In this document: positions 40,636 to 59,944 of the stretch, one piece after another
Layout of the letters: each line of letters opens with the position of its first letter
Numbering within the stretch: the first letter of the stretch is position 1
Origin: the human T2T-CHM13v2.0 reference genome, Homo sapiens
DNA length: 64,000 nucleotides
Direction: 5' to 3' (one strand)
Assembly: GCF_009914755.1 (NCBI RefSeq)
Contig: NC_060927.1
Program-made: the position numbers and the translations under genes
Notes under the pieces: model-generated
Seen by the model: only the letters and a program-made list of their open reading frames with translations
Database searches by the model: none
What the model was told of the DNA's origin: nothing

Positions 40636-41166
40636 TGTTACCACCTTCAGAGGAGAAGTCCCACTGAGGGAAAGAGAGCAAAAAGCATGGCAATGGTTAT
40701 CGCCAGGAGCAGCAGTCCCAGGATGTCAAGCCACTGTGTGATATGCAAGTAAGAAGATGCATATAGGCACTGGATGGGACAATGATTTACTCCAACAGAG
40801 AGACAGCGAGGGCTCGGCTTAAACAGTGAGTATCCATCCCCTATGGCCCGTGGGTCTCATTCCACAGCCAACACAAGGAGACTATCTGCACACACCCCTC
40901 TTGTGCTGCAGGTGAGGGACCCTGTTCCCTCTCCACTGGGAACAGACATAGCAGTGAGGTTGGGCAGGTGCTATTTGATTCACATGCTTCTAAGCAAATT
41001 AAAGAAATGCACATCAAGTCCAGAATAGGGAAAGATACACTTCCAAAAGGTGATACGTCCAGCACACAACTCCTTATCTCCACATGAGAAAATGTTGCTG
41101 GCCCAAGGCAAGCTCTTACGCAACTAAGCAAGGGTCTGCAGGTTGCTCCTGACTGCTCTCCCAGCA
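40636..41166 (-). mobile_element. Probable ERVL-class LTR (MER54/MER73/MER74 group)
   Basis: GC-richer ~530-bp island bounded by TG...CA, containing GCCAGGAGCAGCAGTCCCAG and CTCCTTATCT. No TSD seen. Confidence 0.5.
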
Positions 41167-41849
41167 GGTTTTTACTTTTTTTTCAACATTTAATAAACTA
41201 ATGCATGGGCTATTTTACATATACTAATGGATATATATGCCATATTCTTGCCTATAAAAATATTTTTTATACATGCCCATTGTTTGAATTACTTTATAGT
41301 TTATGTGAATTTAAAATAAAATACCAGTAGTATGTTTTTGGAACTTGGAAAAATGTTTCTAAAAATTATATGACTAAAATAAATAGCAAATATATAATAC
41401 ATTTTCTATAAAAAGAGACAGGCTGGTCATGATAAAACATCAGTAATGGCTTAAGAATAGTGAAAGCAATGGAATGGGCATTTCCACAGGAATAAATTAT
41501 CTGTATGAATGAAAAAGAGAGCATCAAATAGCATTCAAATAGCATTAAGAGAATAAAAAGGTCATTCAATGAATAACTATTCAGTAAATGTAAAAAACTA
41601 TTTTATGCAAGGTAGCAAATACATTTCAGATTTATAGGTAAGTCAAATAAAATATTTCAAACATTATAAAATGGAATTAAGTATATATCAAATTCAGTAT
41701 TTTCTTCCCGTTTTAAAAAATAACACCTCAAGAAAGAACGTAATAAGGATATAGCCATTGTAAATTGATTTTGCAAAAAAAAAAAGCAAACCACAGAATC
41801 AGTTACGGATAGAGCTGTTTTTCCTAGAGCTATTTTTTTCGCAGAATAT

Positions 41850-42095
41850 CTTTGTGACCAAAAGCATGAGTTCTGACGTCTGATTGCCTGGTGTTGAATC
41901 TGAATTCACCATTTTCTTGTTTGGTGGTCACAGCAAGTGACACAACCTCTCTCTGTTTCACTTCCCATATCAATTAGATAGGAACATTAAAAGAATACCT
42001 ACCTTGCAGGGAATATGTCTTAAATTTTGTGTTCAAATTACGTGTTCAAATTAAAATTCTAACACCATGCCTGGCATATTATAAGTTCTAAATGG
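41850..42095 (+). mobile_element. MIR
   Basis: GCCTGGTGTTGAATCTG ... GCAAGTGACACAACCTCTCTCTGTTTC ... ATACCTACCTTGCAGGG ... ATGCCTGGCATA. Confidence 0.8.
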
Positions 42096-42836
42096 ATCTT
42101 TGCTGCATACAAAACAAAATAAGACTATAAATGTTACATATATATTTAACAAAATTATCACTTTTATAACAAAAACATGCATATATAATTAAAGATACAA
42201 TTCAAATTTATATATGCAACTTATATATTAAATAAATTATTTTCACTTAAGAAATAAAAACTATCTCACCACACTCTAGTTAATTCTTTTTTATAATTTG
42301 AAAAAAGTAAGAATTTATATAAAAACCAAATAATGAGCCATTGGTCATTTCAGTTTTAATAGACGCCTGTCTCTTTTTGTTATCATTATTATATAGCATG
42401 GAATATTCCATGAAGTAGTGCATGAAGTAGGGCATGCCTATACCTTATTATTCAGATATCATACAGCTTTGAAAGTTACATGATTGGCTAATGTTTTATA
42501 TTTGTGTTTTTTTTTCTCTTTGGAAACTTTTTGGGAGATTTTTCCAAATTTACATTTCAAACATTACTTTCAGTTGTTCATATCTGCCTCTGTGTATATA
42601 TATGTTTATTTCTAAGAGTTCTTTTCCTTTCTCTGCATATTATAATGCTATCTTTGTCTTGTTTTTAGGATATAGTTCCTCATTTCTTCAAGAATATTAT
42701 AAAGAATTTCTTCATTTTTGGGGTTTTACTTCATCTGTAGAGGTTCCTGTTGCCTTGAAGTTGCTATTTTTAATCCATCTGTTCCATTCATGTCAAAGAT
42801 GTATTAAGACAGGTAATGAATTGTGTCTGTTATTTT

Positions 42837-44492
<1,656 letters not shown>

Positions 44493-44939
44493 TTATTTTG
44501 AAAATTGGAGTACTGAAAGTTTGTTGGGAGTTTGTTGATGGGATTTCCTCTGTAGGGTGATAGTCTAGTTTTTGCCTGATGGGTGATCAGTATACTTACA
44601 GAAGAATTTTTCAGTACCCAGTATGAAAAATAACACCGTTGTGTTCATGGTTTGGAACTTGAGTGTATGAAATTGGCTGCATGTTTCAGCATCCCAGATG
44701 CTTATACTCACTTATCTTCATGTCATCTTGCTTCCACAGTCATCAACCGTGCTTGATGTTCTCCAGTCTAGAAAGCCTATTTTCATACACTCCCCAAACT
44801 CAATCTTCAGTCTCTGGCTAGAGTTGGGTAAAAGGTATTTACCAGTTTATATTTCCTCATCCAGAGTGTGAAAGAGATCTGAAGATTTAACTTTTCATTC
44901 AACTTTCACAGTCATCTTTATTTTATTCAGTAATAAGAG

Positions 44940-46305
44940 AACACACATGCAAATGCATGTGGAATATTCATGAAAATGACCATACATGAGTCCCAAAAAT
45001 CATAGGTCTCAATAAATTTACCAAGATCTAATTTTTCAGGGTATATTTCTTTACCTAAATATAAATATTTTAGAAAATTAATATGGAACAATACCTTAAA
45101 ATTCTCACCATATGAAGACACTGAACAACACACCACTAAATAACTCATGTTTCAAAGATTATTTCACAAAAAAAAAGTACTTTGTCATAAATGAAAAAAA
45201 TTATAGTGTATAAAAATTTGTAAAATGTGCTAAAGTTATACTCAAAGGTTATTAATATGAGAGCTTAAAATAAATGTATTGGAGTAGAAGAAACATCTGA
45301 AATCAATGATCTGACTTCCTGCAACAGTAAGTGAGAAAAGCAAATGAATCTCAAATAAGTACAAAAAAATTATTAAAATAAAGCATAACCAATGAAGCAG
45401 TAAATGGACAAACAATGGAGAAAATTAATGAAATCAAAAGCTAGTCCTTCCAAATTATCAATAGATCTAAAATTAAAAAATTATTATAAAAAATTTTATG
45501 CCAATAAAATCAACAAAACGAGCATTCTTCAATAGATACAGATTAAAAAACTGACTGATGAGACACAAATGGTCCAATAGATACATAATAAATTCAATTT
45601 TAATAAAAAAATTCTTCCAACATAAAAAATTAGAGGTTTAGTTTATTGATCTAACTAGGAAAAAGATATATTACGAAAATAGCAAATATAATATTCTCCA
45701 TTAACACAGATGAAAAAATCTTTTAAAATATTAACAAATGAAACATAAGCATATATGAAAAGGATGCTACATGCCTATCAGGAGGATAGGAATGCAAGGC
45801 TAGTTTAATTTTCTAAAAGTCAGAGTAACTGTATCATAATCTCAACAGACACAGCAAAATCATTTGACAAAATGTAACCTCCAATTATAATGAAAACTCT
45901 CAAAAAATTAGAATGAAACGCTTTTCAATCAGAGAGATGGCATCTACAAAAACCCCATTTCTAGTATTAAATATAGTGGTTTTAATTAAAAATCGGGGAA
46001 GAAAACAAAATATCCACTTTGGCTATTAAAAGTCAATATTTTCTTGAAGTTCTACATAAAAAAAATACAATAAAAAAGAAAAAGGAAGGGAAAAAAGTGA
46101 TAGCATATAAACAAGAAAGAGAAAACTTAGTTTATAGAAGACGTTACTGAGTATTCTGAAATTTTAAGAAATTTTTAAAAAGTTATCAGACATAGCAAGT
46201 GAACTTAAGATCACAAGATGAAAGATCAAAATATAAAATTCAAGTATGTTTTAATGTAACAGCAATAAAATAATAGAAATTTAAAAATACAATTTAAAAG
46301 TAGCA
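44940..46305 (+). mobile_element. Old degenerate L1 (L1M) ORF2
   Basis: A-rich, with AATGAAATCAAAAGCTAGTCCTTC, GGAATGCAAGGCTAGTTTAA and CAAAATCATTTGACAAAAT. Confidence 0.75.
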
Positions 46306-46307
46306 TC

Positions 46308-46406
46308 ATTGTGGTGCATGCCTTTAATCCCAGCTACCTGGGAAGCTGAGGTATGAGAATCGCTTAATCCATGAGGCAGGGCGGGGTTGCAGTGAGCAGA
46401 GATCAT
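46308..46406 (+). mobile_element. Alu right-arm fragment (old, no tail)
   Basis: GTGGTGCATGCCTTTAATCCCAGCTACCTGGGAAGCTGAGG ... TTGCAGTGAGCAGAGATCATG. Confidence 0.85.
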
Positions 46407-46566
46407 GTTTTCAGGTGACCTCTGCCTTCAGTTTTAGCGTTTTGGTTTACTCATCCTCACTTGAGTTTCAAATCATTTTGAAGTTCTTTCCTTTGTTTCC
46501 CACTGAGACAAATTTGGAGTCCATCACTTATTTTTGTTCCCTGCTTTTCTTAATACCAACAACTTT

Positions 46567-46627
46567 TACAATGTATTTTGTATTGTATTTTGTATAATGT
46601 ATTTTGTACAATGCATTTTACAATGTA
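46567..46627 (+). repeat. Degenerate ~14-bp tandem repeat (TACAATGTATTTTG)
   Basis: About four units read directly. Confidence 0.75.
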
Positions 46628-48826
46628 ATGGCAGACATTAGGCTTGCCTGAGGAATTGAACCAAAATATTTAAATCTCAAAAGTGAGGGCCACTACCACA
46701 GACATCTTGGAGAGTCTCTTCCTTGTTTCTCTCTTCATGAAGGCATAGATAAATATGTACAAAATATCCGTGTTGAATTAAGAAAAGATAAAACACGAAA
46801 AAAGGACCTATAATGTCAACAACAGTTTCCTTATTTTTTGTTGTTTAAATAAAACAGTTTTTTTGTGGTATATTTATATATGTCAAAAAATAGGCTTAAC
46901 TATATTTAATATATAACATATTATATAATTATGTATTTTAGGTGCAGATTGTATATGCCATGATGAACCAATATTTTAAAACTACACAAAAATATATAGA
47001 TCAATATTCAATAAACATCTATTTAAGAAGAAACACAAGCAATTATGCAGGGACAGAAACACTGAATATATACAGTCTATGTTTATCAGAAACTCATTGA
47101 AATGAACAAGGTCTTTATATTCTGAGAAAATTCATTTATGAAAGGTTTTGTTCGCATCTTATTAAATGTAAATATAGATATATTTAAATCTGTTTGATTT
47201 ATGTATTCATAGATCAAATTATTCCCAAGATTTTATAAGTGTATATATGCTATCTAAATTAAATTAAATGATATCACATTTTAAGGAGCAAAAATTACCC
47301 ATATTTTATTAATATAATTTAGATAATACAAATTACTGAAATTGTATTATTTTTTATTACCCATATTTTATTCATAATTACCCATATTTTTAAAATGCTT
47401 AAGTTCCTACAACTATCTTTAATGCTTTTACTCCAATCATTAAAATAAAGTTTTAATGATTAGAGTTCCTTATTATAATGAGTTTTAATCAAACTGGAAA
47501 TTGAAGTGAGTGTTTAGCCATAAGAACATTTGATGCGGAAATGTTATCTTCTACAGTAGCCTTCACCACTTTTAAAAATGCCTTATCAGCTATAAAATAG
47601 TAAGGTCATTTTATATCATTGGATAAAGTAAGAATTATAAGTAACCATTCAAATGAAAACTGGACACCAATAATATTCATTAAATTAATTGAATTTTATT
47701 ATGTTTGGAAAGATTTCAAGCATAATATTTAAAACTAATTAACATAAAAATTCATGTTTTCCCCACCTGATCTATAGCTCTAATATCAGGAAATATTTTG
47801 TTGCAATTAGACATTAATAGGCTAGATTAAAACTATAATAAGTAGTATTTTTGAAGAATCTATTCTAAGTAAATGATTTTGTTTGCAGTTGACAGTGATA
47901 AAATGATCAATGTTATGCTACATTTTCTGCTCCTTCACTTTTCTTTGTTGGTAAAATGAAGAATGTCAGAGATTGAGAGGGTCAAGCTCACAGCAAATTT
48001 AATATGACTTACTTTATCTCTGTTCTGAACAGGATTTCACAGTATGAAATATTAAACGTACAGAGCATGAAGAAATATTTCTTGTATTTAATAACGTTTG
48101 TAATTCCTTATTTCATTTTTTAATCATGACAAGCTCATAAAATAGACACAATCTGAACAAAAGGACTATATATGGTCTCAGAAATAAAGTTGTGGATGAC
48201 TTACTTTGCTTATTTGTATCTTTGAAATTCTTGACATTTTAATTAGAGTTATAAGTTATCAATTATCATGAATATAGGTAGATATTACCCATCCATATAC
48301 ATAATATAATAAAACGTTGTAAACTCGTGTGCATTTTATTTGTAATTCCTATGGATAGCTGAAAAAACATACAATTGCACATGGTAAGAAATTTAGTGAC
48401 ATTCATAAAAGTAACTAAAATTGCTACTACTTCTGTAAAAGCAGCTTTGCTAAAACAAATTTAATTTATAAAATGAAAGAACTACAATGACTCAAACTGT
48501 GTAATTTAGAATTATTTTTAAAGGAATTTATGTAAAGTCATAATGTGAAGTCATGTTAATAAAAACATAATTAGGGATTTTTCTAATATAAAAACATCAT
48601 ATATATACTATATACACACTACGGAAGAAACAAATATTTTATTAATTAAGAAAGTATTTTGTCATTCATCATAATATAACTCTCCATTAAAAGAATAGAC
48701 AATTAATGTAAAATGATAATTAAATCCCATCACCTCTGTTATTCTGCCAACTTTCAGATATATGATTACAAATATGTATGTGTAAGTATATGCTTTAGGT
48801 GATATATATAGAAATATATAACATCT

Positions 48827-49328
<502 letters not shown>

Positions 49329-49349
49329 AGAAATGTATAACATCTGTAA

Positions 49350-50598
49350 GCTGAAAATATCTAATTTGACAAATAAATAAAAAGCACATAAACCTACAAG
49401 AAACTCAGAAAACCCTAAACAAAATACCCCAAGGAAATACAGACCTGGAAAAATTACAATCAGCTGAAAATTAATGTTTTAACATATCTAAATGAAAAGA
49501 ACTTATAACCCAGAATGCTACATTCAGCAAAAATATCCTTCATTAAAGAAGTTGAATGAAGGAATAAGGTTTAAAAAAAGTAAGAATTGTATGCCAGCAG
49601 ATCTTTTCTAAATGAATTGCTGAAAGTGAATTATAAGAGATAAAGAACATAATTGAATAATAATAAAAGAGTTAATGTTTCAAGATGGCAAAAAACCCTA
49701 TGTGTAAATAGAACAGAAGAATCTTAAAATACAGAAAGCAAAAATTAAAAGAAGTAAATAAGTCTGCAAATATATTTGGAGACTTCAACACTGAGCTTTT
49801 AATCAGTGGAACTAGTAGACAAAAAAATCAACATTCAAGAATAGAAAAGATTGATAAAAAAAGTCAACCACTTGGACTTAGTTTACATTTATGATACACT
49901 GCATTCAACAAGAGTAGAATACAGATTCTTTTCAAATACACATTCTCCAAGATAGACAATATTGTATGTAATGGAATAAACTATGATAAACTTAAAATAA
50001 TTGAAATCATACCAAAAATCTTCTCTGACTGTACTCAAATTAAACTGGAAATCAATGTCATAATAACAGGAATATCATTTATCTAAAAAATTAATCAACA
50101 CTACTAAATAATGCATAGAATAATAAGGAAGTTTCAATGTATATTATTAAATATTTTGATCTGATAAAAATGAAAATACAATACATAAAGTTTTATGGGA
50201 TATAGCTAAAGCAGTATAGATTTGGATATATACAGCAATCTAAATATACAGTTTAGAACAGGGAAGAATACATTTTTTAAGTAATATTATCAGCTTTATA
50301 GTAAGAGAGTAGGATAACATCAGTAAAATAAACCAAAAAAATCACAGGAGAAAACAATACACATGAGAGCAGAGATTTACAAAATTTAAAATAAACAAAG
50401 AAAAATCAATGAAACAAAATTTCTTAATGGTAGCAAAAAATGGGCAAATTGCTAGTAAGATGGACAAAATAATGAGATAATAATTAACAATATTAGAAAT
50501 AAAAGAGAGAATATCACTACCTGAACACTGCAGATATTTAAAGACTAGTAAGTACATACCATGAACATTTCTACCCAAATGAATTTTTAAAAACTATT
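49350..50598 (+). mobile_element. Old L1 (L1M) ORF1 end and ORF2 start; host of the L1PA insertion
   Basis: AACCCAGAATGCTACATTCAGCAAAAATATCCTTCA; GGAGACTTCAACAC; AGAATACAGATTCTTTTCAAATACACA. Confidence 0.8.
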
Positions 50599-50610
50599 AA
50601 AAATAAAGCA

Positions 50611-54340
<3,730 letters not shown>

Positions 54341-54352
54341 AAAAATAAAGCA

Positions 54353-56890
54353 ATTTTTCAGAAAACAAAAAATTTCAAAACTCACCCAACAAAAAGAGAT
54401 AATCTGAATATTTCTATAACTCTTAAATAAACTTAATTTTTAGTTCAAAATCTTTAAAAATAATCTTTAGGCCCAGAAATACTTTCACATGAGTTTCAGA
54501 AGACAAAATAATGCCAAATTTACACATTTCTTTTGGACAACAGAGGGAAGTGAACACTTCCCAAATCATTTTTCGAAGCCAGTCTTATCCTGACATCAAA
54601 ACCAGGCAAAAAGAGAACAGGAAGAGAAAACTGGAAGCAATTATCTTTCACGAATATAGATGCAAAAGTTATGAGAAAAATGTTAACAAATCAAAGTTGT
54701 ATATTATACACACATATATATATAAATATATGCATATACATATATACAGATGCAAACACACACATACAAACATGTAATGGCCAAGTGAGGTTTATACTGC
54801 CAATGGAAGGTTGGATTCATATATGAAGATAAATCAATGCAATACACCATTAACAGCCTAAAAAAAATCAATGTATCATATTAACTGATGCAGAAAAAAT
54901 AATATTCATTGTACCTCAATAATAAAACTCTCTTCATGGTAAGAATAGAGAAGACATCTTCTACCTAGTAAAAGATATCTACCAAACAAAACAAAACAAA
55001 AAGCAACCACAAAAACAATTACAGCTAACATTTTACTGAATGGTGAAAGACAATGCAACTTCCCACTCATGATTAGAAACAAGGCATGTGTATCCATTCT
55101 CAACATTTCTAATCAGCATCATACTGGAATGTCCTAGATAATACAACAAGGCAAAAAAACTAAAATAAAATTAAAAATGGAAATTTGTCCCTATTTACAG
55201 ATGATGGGATTATTTACATTGAAAATCCCAAAAAATCTACAAAACACTCAACATACAAACATGTGGGATTAGGAATGTTTCAGTACACAAGTCCTATACA
55301 ACAAAAAATATACATTTATATAAACTAGCAATAAGTAATTGAATACCCATATCATAAAACAAATTTTCAATAGCTACAAAAATGAAATAATTAGGTAAGT
55401 CAAAAAGGTTTCTACAAGATCTGTATGATGCATACTATAAAATACTGATGGAAAAGATCCAGAAAAACATAAATACATGTAAAGATAAACTGAGTTCATG
55501 AACTTATGATTCAGATTAGTAAAGATATCAATTTTCTCCAAGTGGATCTATAGATTTAACTTAATTTTAATAAAACTTCATGCAGGATTTTTTTTGTAGG
55601 TTTATATATGCCAGTTTTTAAATGCTTAAAGAAAGTCGAAGAAACAAAAACAGCCAAAGGAAGTTTGAAAAATAAAATGAAATTGGAGGAATGACAGTTG
55701 CTAATTTTAAGACTTACTATACATGAGGACAGTGCTGTATTGGCAAAAGGATAAACACATACATCAGTGGAAGTGTGGAGAATCCAAATGTAGACACATT
55801 CAAATATGGCCATTTAATTTTTGATAAAAGTACAAAGACGATTTCAACAAGTCAGGCTGGAGCAATTGGACATCCAAATAAAAATGAATTTCTACACAAA
55901 AACACAAGCTGTATATAAAATGAACTCAAAATGAATCAAAGACCTTAATTTAAAACCGCAAACTATAAAACACTTACAAGAAAAGGTAGTAAAATATATT
56001 TGTGAGCTGAGGTTAGGCAAATAGTGTTTAGATATGAGAAGAAAAATGTGTAATGATAAACTGAACTTTATAAAAAATTTAAAAATATCTATGAAAATGA
56101 TATTAAGTGAATAAAGCCAATAGAGAAATATAAATTAGCACATAATTAGCCAATACAGAAATGTAAGTTGAAACTATAAAAGAATATTGCTACATAACTG
56201 CCTGAGTGGTTTAAGTGAAAAATGCTGAAAATACCAAGTGTTGACAAGGCTTCAGAGCAACTCAATCTCTCATGCAAATCTGGTGGACTAAAAACTAGTA
56301 CAGCCACTCTGGAAAAAAAAAATGTTAGGCAGTATTTTATAAAGAGACACACATATGTGGGAACTTCATTCTTTGGTATTCACTCAAGAAATATAAAAAC
56401 TTTTGTTCATGTAAAAAACAGTACACAAATCCTTATAAAACTTTCTTTTTATATTTGCAAACAACTAGAAGCTACTGAAATGCCCATTAGTGGGTAAAAG
56501 GAGATACACACTTTGGTACATCCATATAATAGAATATAACAGCAGTAAAAAGGAATGGGATAGTTATTCATACAACTTGGGTGGATATCAAAGACATATG
56601 CTGAATGAAAAAAATCCATTCTCAAGAAGTCACATACTATATGTTTCCATTTATATGATATTCCTGAAAAGGCAAAACTATAGTGAGGGAGAATCAGTCT
56701 GTGATTGTAAGAATTAAGGACGCGTGGAAAGTGTGCCACTGAAAAGGAATAGCAAAGAGGGAGTTTATGGAATGGCGTAACTGCTGTATCCTGACTGTGC
56801 TACTGGTCACGTGAATCTCTACATGTGTTGAAATTCATGGAACTTTATACAAAAAAAATTCCCACTGAATATTTGTATGAAAATATTAAT
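54353..56890 (+). mobile_element. Old L1 (L1MC/MD/ME-type) ORF2 to 3' UTR; continuation of 49350-50598
   Basis: TCCCTATTTACAGATGATGGG (RT motif relic); 3' end CTGTATCCTGACTGTG ... GAAATTCATGGAACTTTATAC. Confidence 0.85.
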
Positions 56891-57033
56891 GTTAATAGTA
56901 AAAAAGAAAAATAATTATGAGAAGAATTTCTAAACTTGATTATCCATATAAAGTCTAGAATCTCATTTAAAAAATATCCCCTTGCTTATTAAAATTTCTC
57001 TACAAGTAAAAGTGCCATTTGGTCTGTGATAAG

Positions 57034-57139
57034 AGGAAGGAAGGAAGGAAGGAAGGAAGGGAGGGAGGGAGGGAGGGAGGGAGGGAGGGAAGGGACAAGG
57101 GAGGGAGGGAAGGAGGGAGAAGGAGGAAGGCAGGGAGAT
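57034..57139. repeat. (GGAA)n(GGGA)n purine microsatellite
   Basis: Read directly. Confidence 0.95.
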
Positions 57140-57329
57140 GGAAATTTATCACTAATCAAATAGAATGACAATTCTATGGTTTCAAAATTTATTTCACATG
57201 AACACAAACATTAATGAGCAGGTTCTAAATATATAACCTGAAAATACAATTGTAAGACAAATCCATTTATATATTATTATTTGTATGTTGATGTAATAAA
57301 GTGAACAGCAAAGAACTGAAAAAAAATAT

Positions 57330-57495
57330 TTCAAATCTGAATTGTGTGTCTTTTCCACTCTTCTCTACGGCTTTGCATAGTTACCCAGATGCAGTAGCTT
57401 AAACTTTCTGACTCTTCTGTTGAAGTGATAATAAGCCACACTTTGCTGAGTTATTGTGGGGATTACATGAGAAAATGTATACTGTGATATATACT
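57330..57495 (+). mobile_element. MIR fragment
   Basis: GAGTTATTGTGGGGATTACATGAGAAAATGTATA (MIR core). Confidence 0.65.
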
Positions 57496-57503
57496 GAAAT
57501 ATA

Positions 57504-57586
57504 CCATTTATATTTCTGACAACTACCAAGGAACAAATACCCTTGAGAAACATCATCGGTTAGCAATTTGATTGATGTACATTAGG
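57504..57586 (+). repeat. Dispersed direct repeat, copy A (83 bp)
   Basis: 74/83 ungapped identity to 59862-59944. Confidence 0.95.
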
Positions 57587-58096
57587 TGCACTGCATTAAT
57601 TGTTCAGAAGGCATACCTGTTCGGAATGGGACATTTTAGTGGAACAAAATACATATAACTAAACAACCAAATAGTAAAAGTAAACAAATATGAAGCCACG
57701 AAGTATCACAGAGACAAAAATACAAAGCCTTTCAAAAGAATTCACAATAGGCTCATTCATTTGAAGTGGAAAAAAAAGAAAAAATAAAAATAAAAATAAA
57801 ATAGATTGGAATGAAAGTTTCAGCATAAATTTTCAGTGTTGTGATAGTGTATATTTACAGATAATCCAAAAAACTTCATAAAGAGTCTTCTTATGTGTAT
57901 TTTTGCTATTCACTCCCACCTCTATATTCTCCTTCCCACGATACATGGAAACACATTCACAATCCAGTTTGTCACAAATTAACCGAAGGGAACTTTAGAA
58001 TTAAAACCAGGCTTGCCCACATCCCTTCTCAGATGCTCTAATGGCTACCACTGTGCTTAGGGAAGAAAGGAAAAAAAAAAAAAAAGAGAGAAAGAG

Positions 58097-58605
<509 letters not shown>

Positions 58606-58619
58606 CTACAGTAACGGTC

Positions 58620-59012
58620 CTTGTTTTCCATTCACATTGGCTTCTTTTTCGTTTCCCAGATGTGTCTAACTCATTCATTCTATTCGGCCTCTGAACATGT
58701 ACACTCTAGAACGCTCTCTCCATGGTTCTTAGTACAGCTAGTCTACCGGTATCCCTTGGATCTGTGTTTAGATGGCACCTTCTGTAGAGGCTTTCCGACA
58801 ACCATATTTAAACGGACTTCTTTCAGTTACTGTCAACTTCATTCATATAACTTATTTGTAATTATCTAGGCTTTTTATTTATATTTGTGTGAAGTATATA
58901 TCATTCCTAGAAGAATATAAGCTTCATCATTCATATCTTATTAGTTCCAGCAGTTAGAAGAATGTCTAAAATAGAAGAGAGATGTTTGCAGCATTAATTT
59001 TGTTGTTGAATT
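58620..59012 (+). mobile_element. L2 3' fragment
   Basis: AGATGGCACCTTCTGTAGAGGCTTTCC ... AGAATATAAGCTTCAT ... TTTGTTGTTGAAT. Confidence 0.65.
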
Positions 59013-59861
59013 GCATTAACCTTTATTTTTTCATCAGGTAGCTTATCTTTGAATGATCCTGAGTATAAAAGGGGAAAAAAGAAAAGAAAAGAATGAATCT
59101 CAATTTATAATAGCGTTAAGGAAAAAAAATAAAATGATTAAAATATGCCCAAGCAAAAGTTGCTTTCTACATAAATATTAAGATTATATTTCTATTTAAT
59201 AAAATTAGAGTTCTTTTTGAACCGAGCCCTGTTTAATACATGTTATCTGGCCTAAGCTTATTGATTTTCTTTTCTTATAAACCAAATATATGTATACCCT
59301 AACATCTAAATGTTAGTTCAAACACTTAAATTTTCACTGTAACAATGTATTTTGGTTTGCAAAAGAGAAAAGTCTACGACTGCCAAGACCATTCTTGTCA
59401 GAAATGTGATTTATTTTTAAAATATTCTGTTTCTTAAACTACAAGTGGTTTAATCAGAAAACTGATTCAGAGAAATGGCTTTCCAGACAAAATATATTGA
59501 ATTAATTATTTTCTTAGAATTAACTACTTTTAATTTTTCTCCTTTATGTTGTTAAAATTTAATAAATAAAATTTACCAAAGGGAACTAAGTCATTTGGGT
59601 TTAGATGCTCACATTCTTTGGCATTAGCTTTCTGGAGACACAAGGACATTGTCCTCTCTTTATGCTTAACACCCTAGATGCATCTGTCTGTCATCTTTTT
59701 TAATTTAAACAGGCAACATTGAGGATTCTTAACAATACCTCTGACCCCTGAGAAACAGGATATATAGCAGCCCATTAATTAATTGTTTGAAATGAAGGAA
59801 TATGGCACATCAAATACCATGCCTCTCTGCTCCATTGCACAGCACACCCGCGCTACACTGT

Positions 59862-59944
59862 CCATTTATATTTCTGACGACTACCAAAGAGCCAATACCC
59901 TTGAGAAACATCCTAAGTTAACAATTTGATTGATGTACTTTAGG
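59862..59944 (+). repeat. Dispersed direct repeat, copy B (83 bp)
   Basis: 74/83 ungapped identity to 57504-57586. Confidence 0.95.

Noticed and set aside
41409-42378. 14-bp inverted match AAAAAGAGACAGGC about 950 bp apart, as possible TIRs
   Set aside because: Homology does not extend convincingly, no TSD is visible, and both sides look like decayed L1.
47292-47392. Three copies of ATTACCCATATTTT resembling a repeat-spacer array
   Set aside because: Irregular spacing, only three AT-rich units and a eukaryotic context point to ordinary local slippage duplication, not CRISPR.
57504-57604. Copy A as a spliced retrocopy of a transcript from 59862-60188
   Set aside because: The skipped segment lacks canonical GT-AG ends on either strand, and there is no poly(A) or TSD.
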